Source: Chrysomallon squamiferum
Lineage: Eukaryota; Animalia; Mollusca
NCBI GenBank assembly: GCA_012295275.1
Contig: CM022670.1
Location: 27,156,001-27,220,000 of the forward strand
Reading direction: 5' to 3'
DNA length: 64,000 nt
Below are positions 26,855-39,300 of this stretch, one piece after another (the first letter of the stretch is position 1; the number at the start of each line of letters is the position of its first letter). The translations under genes and the position numbers were made by a program. Below the pieces are notes generated by a model. That model had not been told where the DNA came from. It was given only the letters and a program-made list of their open reading frames with translations, and ran no database searches.

Positions 26855-29800
26855 TTAACTGCGAGCTTTCTTATTAATCTTGTCATAAACAACTGGAAAA
26901 GCCCCAGCACATTTATATTTCTCCCTCACTGAGTTGTACAAAGAATGGTCAAACATCTCGTAGAACTCTTCTTTTGTCATGTATGAATCAGCGTAAAGCA
27001 TCTGAAAACTAAAAATTTAAATGAATCTTAATTAATGAAAGTTATGAAAAAATTACAGTCTTATTCTGACATGACATATAATAATGCAATAAATAAAGTT
27101 AAGAATTACAGAAATAATGTTTTAATAAACCTAGCATTTTTAAAATTTCATTAACAAAATCAACAGTTTATATGATACATTTTTAACCATTATACATTTA
27201 ACTAAGAAGATGTGAAATTATTTTCCTAAATGGTTTTGATAATGTGTATGTGTGTTTTAGTAAATGAAATTAAAAAAGGAAATATACTTTTGGAAATATA
27301 TTCCAGAGATGTTTTACTAAATATCTCAAGATATGCATTTCAGACTTAGAAAGCAAACTCATATATGCTAACAGTTCTTTAATTTCTCCTATAGCCTAAC
27401 CTTTCAACTCATCAACTGATGACTTTTTATACTGATAATAACTTCAATATGTTAATCTTACCCTTTCACCTGTCTAACAAAGCTTTCCAGTTTTCTAGTT
27501 GTTGTTACAGCTTCAAAAGTAGCTCTTTTTGGAGTCCCATATGCACCAATATCAACATACATCTCATCTTCATTTCCACGAGGATGCACCATACCAGGGT
27601 TATCGAACAACATAAAAGGACAAAGCCAGAGAGGATACAGCTAGAAAAACCAATGAAAATTTGTGAATCATTTCTTTTTTAATAGTCACCTTTTTGTTTA
27701 TTTCTAACAAATTTCTGGCAGAGTAAGAGTAATAAAAAAAAAAATAAAAAAATAGAGCCAGAGAATGTAACAGGACAGGAAGAAGACAAGTATCACCTAT
27801 ATTATTACGTTTATGCTCAGAATGTTTATCTCTCACAAAAGTAATATAATATTAAAAAACAATATGCACATAATGAAACATTAACATACCAAAAAAGCAT
27901 TGCATTACATAAAAACTTAAAATAAAATAAAAACATGTACTGTGTTTGCCTACAAATAATGGATTATCAAAAATTTAGAAACATAATAAAATATTTGACA
28001 GTGAGTTAAAACCAACATTCAGCTCCTGGTGAAAGATCTGCAGTCCAGCCTCTAATGTTTTCAAAGGAATCAGCATATCCTGAATAATCTGATATTTCTC
28101 ATACATCTTCTTTATTGTCTCTCCTTGAGTAAGTTTCAGAAGAGAAATCTTTGGCGGCATCAACCAGCCAAAGAGGTATCGAAAAATGAAATTATTGCCA
28201 AAGGGGATGATATCCTGTTAAAAGACAGGAATTTTAAGAAATATAAAAATTACAATTCCAAACATGTTTCAAGAAAAACTAGTACAAGAGTAAAACTAAT
28301 AAAATGAATGATTATACACTGATTCCTTACAAAGAAATAAAAGAATTTCATAAGAAACATTTTTGATAGTCACAGAAGTTTTCTAACTGAATTAGAAATG
28401 AATGTATTTAGGAAATCCTAGGTCTTCATTTTTCAAATGACAACCATCTCAGAATGAGATGAGTTTTTGTTATTTTTAAAAAAAATTTCACCAAATGAAA
28501 ATAAGAGAATGAATTACCTGTAATTCCCAGAAAATACTGCGTGTATGTCTGTGATAATAATGATTCAGAGGAATATATTCTGTAGCTGGGCCTGACTTCA
28601 AGAAACCTTCCACATGCTTAAAGAACCATGGTTTCCAGAACCTGCCAACAGAATTGATCTAAAGAAAAATATAAATAATAAAAAAATAATAATCATAATA
28701 AATAACATTTAGTAGTTTTTATAAAGTCAGATAAATGATCTATAGAATAATGAATAATTCATTTCCACAATACCTAAAAAGTTTCTTTGTTCAAAACAAA
28801 TCACACATAAATCAGGAAAACAATTTTATCAACAAACAAAAAATGAGAAGAGAAAAAAGAAGAAAGCTGGTTACATTCAATGACAATGTCAATAGGCACA
28901 TCATCTACAACATTTTTAAAACTTTATTATCAAGAAACATACATGGTTTTCAAACTTTCTCAGCAAGAGGGGATTTTAATAGGAGGAAACACCTTTACTG
29001 GTTAAATATTAAATATTTATGTTTACAGACTATTACTAGCATTTATCAGTTTCATTGCTAAATTCATGTGTAACAACATGAAGTAAATGCTTTAACAAGA
29101 TCACAAACATTGAATATTTGAATAACTATTGCTTTGATAAAGTCCACATAGGAAAGTATTTGTATCAATATACATCACCTTCTTTTAATGTAGATTATCA
29201 TCATAAAATATCTAAACAAATTAATTAAGACTTAAAAGAATTATTTCAATGTTGAAATTAGTAAAATGAAATTAAAAATATACATGTATTTCAAAAGAAG
29301 ACGTATGTATCTGTATCTATCTATCTATCCATCTGCCAGTGGTCTCCCCAGCATTTGTGAAAGGGATGGTGGGAATTGGTATAATTGGTGCACGTTAAAC
29401 AAAGAGATGGTACAGAAAACATTCAGGGTACAAGTACTTTGAACAATGTTCAAATAACTTGTTGTAAAAATACTCCTATAAATAATTGCATCAACTATTA
29501 ACAAGTTTATTTTATTTGCAATTAAATAAAATCATAGTTTCTGTTGCTGGGGAATTTTGTCTGGTTGTTCTGTGAATTATATTCTTTACATGAATATATT
29601 TATATAAAATAATATACATATATATACAGATATTGTAACTGTCTGTCTATATTGTATATACATGTGTGTCTGTGTGTGAAATGTGAGATCATTTTTGTAT
29701 CTAGGATAACATAATTATTATACAGTTGCATGCTAAAAACTTGGTGGTGATTATTGAAATTCATGCACAATAATATATATATATATATAAACCTGCTTTA

Positions 29801-32800
29801 CATATTTTACATACGTTTCTAATTAATCAGTAATTTTCAATAAAATACATTAAATTTAGATCTGTATTTGAAGTTGTTGTTTTTTTTAATAAAAGAGAGA
29901 TAAGTATATTTTGTGTAGCAGCTGCCACCTGCTGCCTTTCAATTCATACAAATAGTGACAAATAAAAGTGTTAATTTTTATATTTTTTTACATATCAGTT
30001 ATACACATCATACATTTATGGATTCTTATCTATTTCTGCTTATCTGTTTCATGTAGGTACAGGCAGGCAAATTTTTTCTGACTTTAATTTCACATAATAT
30101 GCACATAATTTCTTACTTTAATTTCACATAAAATGAAAGCTGTTGCAAAAAGATTGAAAACACAAAAAATTATGACTATCTCCAGCTGTTCAAAAAATAT
30201 ATGCAAATCACTACGACAGGTCTTTGGTCGGTTTTCAGCCCTATTTTGGCTAATTAGCAGAAAGGGGTACTTTGGCCAACTGTAGTTTGAAAAGTAATTG
30301 ACACAAAAGGCTGAAAATCAACAAGAGAGGTGGGAATTCGTTTATTTCAGAGCACGATATTGCTACACATGTGCAATAATGTATTCGCTAAAAGTAGGAA
30401 TATTGAAGAAAACCATACAGCCAACAAGTTATTAAAAATATAAACAACATATAAATATAATCATTTTAAACAGCATCAGACCTTTCTAGCTGTACATAAA
30501 ATCTACGGCGATTTCAGTCTGTAGAAAATGTAACTTAATGGCGATTTCACTAAGCACGTGCTACTTTCAAATGCAGAGCTTCTTTTTGCCAAAGAAGATA
30601 CACCATAGTATCACACTTTGTTTGAAAGGTAATTGAATGATCTTTCATTTGATCCCATGAACATAGGTTTTACCATCAGCCATTTTTTTCAAAATTGGTT
30701 GAAAAAGTACATTTTTGGACACAACTTTTGGTATAAGCCATTGCCAGTGACGACATGCATGTGGTTAGGAAGATTGAACTTTGACTCTGAAGCCATTTTG
30801 GCAAAAACAAGCCAGGCGTTTGTAGAGTGACACCATTTTAGTTTTTTTTTACTCCACACTGTTAATTGCTGACCATGGGCGCCGAATTGCGTTTACCCCC
30901 ACCGCGTTTAACACTAGTACAAAGAACTGATTCAACATACAACAAAAACAACACAATTTAAAAGAGCATTAATGATAATTATTTCCATGTATTTGTTTTT
31001 TATGTTAGGATTTAAAGAAGGGATTTGGGAATGGAGGAAAATGGACAAAATCTGAACTTTTAACTGCTTCAACCAATTATATCAGCTAGGCTGCCAGTAC
31101 CTATACTATGATCTGTTATATGTAGAAAAAAAATTCAACATACCTTATTCCTTTCCGGTTTGTCTGTCATATTGGCTATCATAATAACACCTTCATTTTC
31201 TGAGAAAACCAGTCCTTCTACAAACTGATTACCAACGTCTTTCGTTACTTGATTTATAAACATAGTCAACGTGTCCGCTTTTGTATATGTTGGTAGATAT
31301 TCAACTCTCACATATTTCTTGGCAGGTATAATTTTAAGTTCAGCAGCGACAAGAAATCCAAGGGTACCATATGACCATGGCACTGAATAAAACAGGTTAG
31401 AATTTTCTGTCTGGAAAAAAAGAGGAGAAAAAAAAATAATAGAAAAAGCCTCTGAGATATATATAGAGAGAGAGCCAAGAAAAGTATGCCTGTATTACAG
31501 GTGTCCCCCTCCTTAAAGGGACAATTTTACAGACAATTCTGTTGAAAATATTTACAATCTGTATTCACATCCTCCACAAACAGGCACTGTCATACAAGCA
31601 TCATATTTTCTCTGAAAAGACAAATGCAAACATACTGTGTTCATTGATGAATGTTAACAAAACATTTTGTATGTCGCTCATAAAATTCATTATAAGCATT
31701 AGATTTTACAAAAAATGTGTCTGAAAATCCAAAACAGCACCAATTTGTGACAGCCAAGTCATTTTTCAACCTCAAAAGTCCATTAAACATAATTATGTAT
31801 GGGATGATGTTGAATCATCAAAAGTATGTACCAAATTGGGTGAATTCAGTTTGCTGGAAATAAGTGATGCCATCTTTAGAAATATTCTATAAAGCTGCAG
31901 TAAAACAATAAAATTATTTATTTTGGAGAAAAAAATCACATGATAGTTCACTTTATCAACAGAATAACAACTGAAAAAATGCTGTCCATGTCTTTGTTTA
32001 GTAGATGTCCACTGATCTAAGGGACATACCCACTAAAAAAACTTTTGGTTTTCCTGGTAGGTGGCCACTCATCTCAGGGGCTACTAAAGATATGTTTCAC
32101 TGTACATCTATGTATGTATGTATACACAGAGAGAAAGTGGGGAGTGAGGTGAACTATTATTTTTTCCCTCAATGAATCAATGACAGAACAGTTCTCATGT
32201 GTAGATATATTTTCTAAATGAGTATGTTAACTAATATAAATGGCTGAGAACCCCAAAGAAATGAGTTTAGATGATATAGTGATAGATGTTAATAAGAACC
32301 AACAGAGCCCATCCAGTGTGCGATTAACATATCTCTCATTTATCTGCACTCATGAACAATTGTTTAAGGACTATTTCTAAATTATTTACATAAGTTAATA
32401 TAAAAAAATTGACACCTGTTATCTCAAAAACAGTGTAATGTGTGTTAGATTAACACTTCAGATTGTCAATTTCATTCTTTTTTCACTAAGTTGTTTTTGT
32501 AAAATAGATTTTAGTCTTTTGACAAGCTAATTTACAAGTGCGTCAAGGACTGAATATCACATGTCATATGTGATGTGTGTGTGTGTGATAGGCAGATGGG
32601 GAATAACTGGTTACTGATTTAAGACATCAGCTTTATTCTGTGAAGGATAGAATGGCTTAAGTAGCAAGCCTCTTTCTAGCAGCTTTTGCTCTTTCATAAA
32701 CTGTATGTCTTAAGTCAGTAACCAGTTATTTCTTTCATCAAAAACAATTTATTTTTGAAAGTAAATATATTTTCAAAATGGTCTTTTAAGGCAATGTGCA

Positions 32801-35725
32801 GTAGTAAATTAATTTTTTTAGAATATCTAAAGAAAACAAGTTTAATGGATAGTAAATGATAAATACTATTTTCTGCTACAAATTTCATTAGAGAGGGACA
32901 ATTTTTAGCAGAAGTGTACATGCTATATATGTTAACAATGCAAACTAGAGATGTTATTGGACATGCTTATTAAGTTAAAAAATATTTTTTTTTTAAAGTT
33001 GTTATTTGTGTGTTCTTTTCAGCAATCTACCTTCAGGCATTTTCAGAGAAAATGAATGCAAATGTAAATGGATAGTGTTACTAAATACATTTTTAATGCT
33101 TAAAAAAAAAAAAAAAAATCCCTTGTTTTTAATGAAATTGAGGTGTGGGATCTGTAAGTAAATATGTTTAGGAATGTATATCTGCAAAAAACAAAAAAAA
33201 TCATTAAAATGACTCAAATTTCATATTTTCTACTGCTGCACAGTGCATCAAAATATAAAGCCGCAATTAAAAACTTGTATATATATATGTATATATAGGT
33301 AAATAACAAGCAATTTATCAAAGTAAAAAAGGTTCCACTGCAAAAGGCTATATATTTACAGGCTCATACATGAGTTCTTTTTACCTTTGAACATTTTACC
33401 AGGCTTCCATCTGCCACAACCAGTTCAAAGGATTCACATATGTTCTGAAACAACCCATACTTATGAGATGATGTTTCAATTCCAACACCCATTATCAAAC
33501 CTCCTAAAAAAAAATTAAAAAAGAGAAATAAATGAAAAAAATAAATAAATAAAATAAAAATATTAACAAAATTAAATTAAAAATAAAAAATGAATAAGAA
33601 AAGAAAAGCCAATAAAATTGGAGTTTTAACCTTTAACATTTCACTAAACTATAAAAGCAAAGAAAATATGAAATAGGAAGCAAAAAAATGTGGTTGAAAT
33701 ATTCAAACATTTTAGAAGATTTTTGAAAGAATTATTTCAATATTTAAATCAGAAAAATGAAATTAAAATATATACATGTATTTCAGACATTTGCTATGAT
33801 TCACAATAGTAATTTTGATCAAGATCAATTTAAACTGTAATAAAAAATATGAAAGTAAAACCCACAAAAAATATATGTAGAATTAAATATTACTAATAAA
33901 GAAAAAAAGAAAGTGCATCTTCATTGAAACAAAAAAAATATAAGTCAATGATGTTAACTGGATAAACATGCATGCCTCAAATCTGAAAATAAACAAACCA
34001 ACAGTCAGATCATCAAGTTCGGGCAGCACAGGTAATGTCCAACCAAGAGGATTTAAAAATGAAGTAATCTGACCCATGTTGACCAGTGGCTCAACTCTGA
34101 CCACTTTTCTTTCTATGCTGATGTCCAAAATATCAATCATATTAATTTTGATGTTTTTGAAGGTCTTCTTGTACCCACTGTGGTGTAATGAAATGTTCAT
34201 CCACCCTGGCCTTGCAGTACACATGGGAAGCTCTGCTCCACTGTCCCGCCACTCCCGTACCTTGAAATACAAGATGATTTTGTTATACATTTTGTTAATA
34301 AACTACCAAAAATCAGATACATTCAGCTATAATTCTCAGAAGTGCTTATTATTATTATTTTGTAATTTTATTTAATGTTGTTTTTCTTTCATTATTATTA
34401 TTATTTTTAGCAAAATACAGTATTCTACATTCAAAAAAGCCCCAAACTCATTGTTATGGTCATTTATTTGGCTTCCAGAAAAGCAGTTGTTTTTAATGCT
34501 TGCTGGCTCTGAATGTTGATGGCTTTAGTGTGGTTGATTGCTCATCTATTTTATTTTAATTGTCTTGGTGTACAGGTTTCACATCAGTTGCAGTTTGAGA
34601 GCTGCTTGTACACTTGGTTCTAAGTATTGTAATTTAATACCCATGTCTATAAGATCAGCTGAAATGCAATTTTCTAGGGGAAAACTGAAAACAATACATT
34701 TTGTTCTTGGTATATCAAAAAATGTAATATTATTTATGACACTTTAAAACCAGACAATCCAGAATTCGAGGTCCCTCAACTCCCAAGTTTGCCTGATAAA
34801 TGGTCCAGTACATATATTATTATTTGTTTGCTTCTTTAGTATTTAATTTATAATTGTACATGAAAAAATGCTTTGCCTTTCCTTCTGGTAAAAAAGAAGT
34901 TGGCTTAAAAAAAAAAATGTCATTTAAACAATCATATAATATATTAATTTTAAAGTTGCCTCTTACATTTTGTGAACTGGCATACTTTTGATGATTAATA
35001 ATTATCAGATATTATTATAGTCACTATTTAATATTCACCCATTACTGTGATTTATTTTATTATTGTTATCAATGTGTTTTTGTTTTTGTTTTGTTGTTGT
35101 TTTGGGGGAGGGTATTTTTTTTATTATTAATATTATTATTATTATTGTTTTTTTTTTTTTTTATTGGTTTTCTTGCTTTATTTAGGGAGAGAGGGTTTTG
35201 GGTTTTTTGGGGGGGTTTTCACTACAATTAATGTAAAATACTTTGTTACAAACAGGATCTCCTGCTAATAGTTATTTAACTGTTGTATAAATCTGATTCA
35301 ACAATTAAAATAAAATTAATTAATTAAAACAATTAATTAAAGAATTATTAAATAAATTTATTGTCAATTAGTCGAATTATGGTTCACTTATCACTGATAA
35401 TATCAGGGGTTTTTTTTTTTTTGTTTTTTTTTTTTTTATTAATTATTTAAAATAATAATAATAATAAAACAACAATACAAACCTGACGCTGAACATCTTG
35501 TACTCTCACTCCATGTAACTGAGGGGCTGAATTTAGTTTGAAAGTAACATAATGTCTTACATACATAAGGAGATTGTAGAAAAACGAAATCGGCAACAGA
35601 AACAAACAAACAAAAATCCATCTGTAGTTAAGCAGAATATACTCTAAACCTTTATATTTCAGCCACGAAAGTGATATAACAGCAGGCACCGCAAAATACA
35701 TAAAATCATTAAAAGACAACGCCAT
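26855..35725 (-). CDS. DHCR24: Delta(24)-sterol reductase, about 520 aa, 8 exons
   Basis: Exons 35725-35483, 34260-33999 ([32 protein letters not shown]), 33503-33385 ([22 protein letters not shown]), 31410-31144 ([14 protein letters not shown]), 28658-28518 ([14 protein letters not shown]), 28214-28017, 27640-27462 ([18 protein letters not shown]), 27008-26855 (FQMLYAD..KKARS*). Total 1563 nt, in frame. Confidence 0.97.
30210..30917 (+). mobile_element. CpG-containing insert, possibly Helitron/Helentron-like and non-autonomous
   Basis: Ends in a GC-rich stretch followed by CTAG|T (30914-30917). Inverted repeat ttttcagcc (30232) / ggctgaaaa (30309) near the other end. Family assignment is inference. 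Confidence 0.35.
31490..32104. mobile_element. Decayed TA-flanked Tc1/pogo-type MITE remnants
   Basis: Right end tttcactgta reads tacagtgaaa.. on the minus strand, with gggaca/ggccac subterminal motifs. No clean TIR pair. Confidence 0.3.
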
Positions 35726-36373
35726 CGTTGTTGTCAGTCTCCTCGAATATCAGGCCACCAAATCAGCCAACATAATGAACTGGATCTCTTACAAAAAAGG
35801 CGACTTCTGCAAATGAAAACTGAAAATGGTTTACATTTGTTATTAATTGTTATTTATTTAAATGTTTCATTAAATACAGTTTGTATACTTTTTTTATATA
35901 TATATATATAAGTAAAACTTACAACAAACTTGTTTAATGAGTTAACATTTTTCTTTCCTATCTCAAAAATGCGTCTCAGAAGTTTGAAACCTAAACTGGT
36001 TTGATACACTCCAAATAAAAAGTTAACAGGATCGAAATGGGATGTGATTAGTTTTTGATATTTAATTATTCGTATCATTATTTTTATTATTTTATTTCTT
36101 TTCGGACTTTAATTAGTATGCTTATTCCTGGGACTTTTTGTTTTATTTACATTGTTTGTTTTTTGCCGATACCCTTCAGATGAACAAACTGTTTAAGAAT
36201 CCTTTTGCCGTTAATAACAATTTCGTATTTTCGTTCACTTCCAAATATAAACTAGAACCATGTGATCTGATTTCCCGCCACTTTATTCAGTTGTGAAGGG
36301 TTAATAAAAAAAATAAAAAAGAAGCATTGGAACTTGACAGCTTTCTTAGTGTGCTCTATTTTTGTTTATCAGG
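35726..36373. promoter_or_regulatory. Divergent, probably bidirectional, promoter between DHCR24 and UHRF1
   Basis: 648 bp between the two ATGs. E2F site TTTCCCGC at 36271-36278; SRE-like ATCAGGCCAC at 35749-35758; CpG retained. Confidence 0.7.
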
Positions 36374-39300
36374 ATGTGGATTCAAGTAAGAAGCATCGAC
36401 GGTAAGAAGACAGTGAGAGTTGACAACTTATCAAAACTAACAAAAATCGAAGCACTGCGCGAGAGACTTGTTGACGAATTCGACGCACCAGCAGAAGCTC
36501 AACGACTATTCTTCCGGGGAAAGCAGGTAATCAATCGGCACGATGTCATTTCATGAATATTTGGCTTTGTAAAATTAGTAATTGCATCATATAATGTTGA
36601 TATTAACAATTTAATTTTAGTTATTTATTTGTTGTTTTTGTAATTAATATTATTATCACGATTTATCATTCACGTGCAATACTAATAATAGTAACACAAT
36701 CGATTGTTTTAAATTTACTCAGTCACTGAGTTACTCAAGTAACAACTTAATGTAAATACATTAATAGTGTTATTTATATTTATAAATTAAATTACACTAA
36801 GGTAACACTGTTAGTGTTACTCTGTAAAAGTGTTTTACAAACATCTACTATCTGTCAATGCACTTTTTTCTTCTTTTTTTTTGAAATATTAGTGTTTAAT
36901 GAGTTAAATCTCTGATACTGAGATAGACAAATACAAAATAAATAAATGGCTATGAAATAAAAATACAAACAAGAAATTATAATATAAAATAACATAATTA
37001 TTTTATTAATAATAATTATAAGCAAGACAGCTTAGTACAGAAACTGTAAGCTGACTGAAATGAATGATAGACTTGATAAAATATATTAAAATGTTGCATA
37101 CATAATCATGATAATGCCCCTTACTTGAGTAATAAAAAATTTAAAAAAGCACAATAAAACATCTGACTAGAAATGCAATAGTGAGTAGAAATAAACCTTT
37201 TTCTTTATAATGTTTACAAACTAAATTCCTTAACCACAACATAAAAGATAAAATATGACATACTTTTTAAAACTAATAATACATTTAGCATTTAATTTTG
37301 CTTATAATTAATATAAATATGCAGTAAAATATGCACTATGTTTTATCTTTAGTTTTTGAACATTTATTTTTTTTTTTCTTCTGAAATTACTTATTTTTCA
37401 CTTGCAATAATATCTTTTTTCTTTTTTAGTTGGTTGATGGACATTCATTATTTGACTACAATGTTGGTCTGAATGATCTTATACAAATTTTGACAAGAAA
37501 GTTACCTTTGAACAATGAAAAAAATGGTTATACAAGCAGTGGGGACGAAGGTAACTCATCTGACAAAGAAAATCAGAAGGTAATATGTTTATGTGTTCTG
37601 TGGTGGTACAATAAATAATGGTATAGTAAAATTCTTTGTATCTGTTGATTATTATTATAATTTTTATTGTTTGGCATAGTATGACTAAAAAATAAGACCA
37701 TTACAAAAGTATATGAACACAGTTATTTCACTTTTTTTTTTTTTTTTTTTGACATTACAGGATACTTCAGATCCAGGGATTGAATTTTAATTTTGTTTTA
37801 GGGAAAGAAAATGTTGCCTTGGCTTCTATAAAAAAATATTATGGCACCAGGGCATCTTAAGTTTTATCACATTTTCATGAAAACAATTGATTTTGCCACA
37901 TCTCCTATCTGTATTAAGTAAATAAACACTTTGAACCACTTGTACCATAAAACAAAACATCTTTACAATTTTGCATATTTGGCACCTAATGAGTAACTTT
38001 CTGCTCTTTACACTTTCTTATGCTGTCCTGCTGTGGCATTTCTAGTCTACAAGTAAAGATAATGGCAATACCTAATTAATATAATGCTGATGTTCTTCCA
38101 TGAAATATCATATGATTACCCAATACATCTGTGTCCATGATTTTGCCCCATGGAATCATGATCTATTGGAAAGACACAGAAGAAAATCACATAGAGCAGC
38201 CACAGCATTTTTATTTATCTTTTTTTATTATTATTGGTGTCACTGCTGTTGTAAAATTCAAACTTGTTGAGTGAGTTGTTGGTGTGATGTGTATGTGATG
38301 GTATGTAATAAAATACACTCAGTGAAATGTATTTATTTATTTATGTTTGTTTTTTAATGAAGAAGTTTTAATTTGATTATGTAAATAAGATACATTTTTA
38401 TAATTTTATAATAATTTCAGCCACCGTCACCGGAATTACCCTCGACAACACTGGATGATGACATTCATGACAGTACTTACAAGGTCAGTCTAAATTAGGA
38501 CATAAAGGAAAATGTAAACGTTACCTATCAGTTGTAACATTTAGCATCAGTGTAGGAACAAATAGAGTATATTGGTGTTTATATTTCTGTGTTTATGTCT
38601 ATACATCTGCACATACACATGTATGTTTCTGAAGGTACATTACACTATAACAGTAAATAATTAACTTTGAAATTAAGCAATGTATTTTAAAAGGAAAAAG
38701 AAAATGTACTACTTTTCATTGAAACAAAATATGTCATTAAGTGATTAACATTTGAGACTAAGAAATTCCATCATAAAATACATGCATACATACATTTATT
38801 TATTTAAAATTATTGTTTGATTTTTATTTGTAGCTGGGAGACATAATTGATGCAATAGACACTTCAATAGGAGCCTGGTTTGAGGCTAAAATTGTAAAAA
38901 TTACAAAAGCTTGTGAAAATCAACTTTCTGATGAAGAAGCTAGGAAACAGAAGGATGAGGATGGCAATAACAATCTTACTATTAGTGATAATACAGCAAA
39001 TAGTAACCATAGCAACCAAATCAAATTAAGTGATTCAACATCAGCAGTGCAGAATACTGACAGAAAGGGAAATGAAAAAGATACTAATTTTCAGAACAAA
39101 GATAAAAATTCTAAAGAGAATTTAGAAAATGGTTGCATTAGTAATCATAGTTGCTCAAATGGTGAAGAGTCTTCAAAATCAAAGCATGATGGAACACTAG
39201 AATGTCAGTTACCAGATAATGATCCATATTGGTATCATGTTACATATGAAGGGTTTGTATTTAAAACTTTGCAATAGACATATTTATTAAAAACTGAAAT

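Noticed and set aside
29336-29563. Possible hAT MITE (tccccagca / tgctgggga)
   Set aside because: Only a 9-bp inverted match and no 8-bp TSD found.
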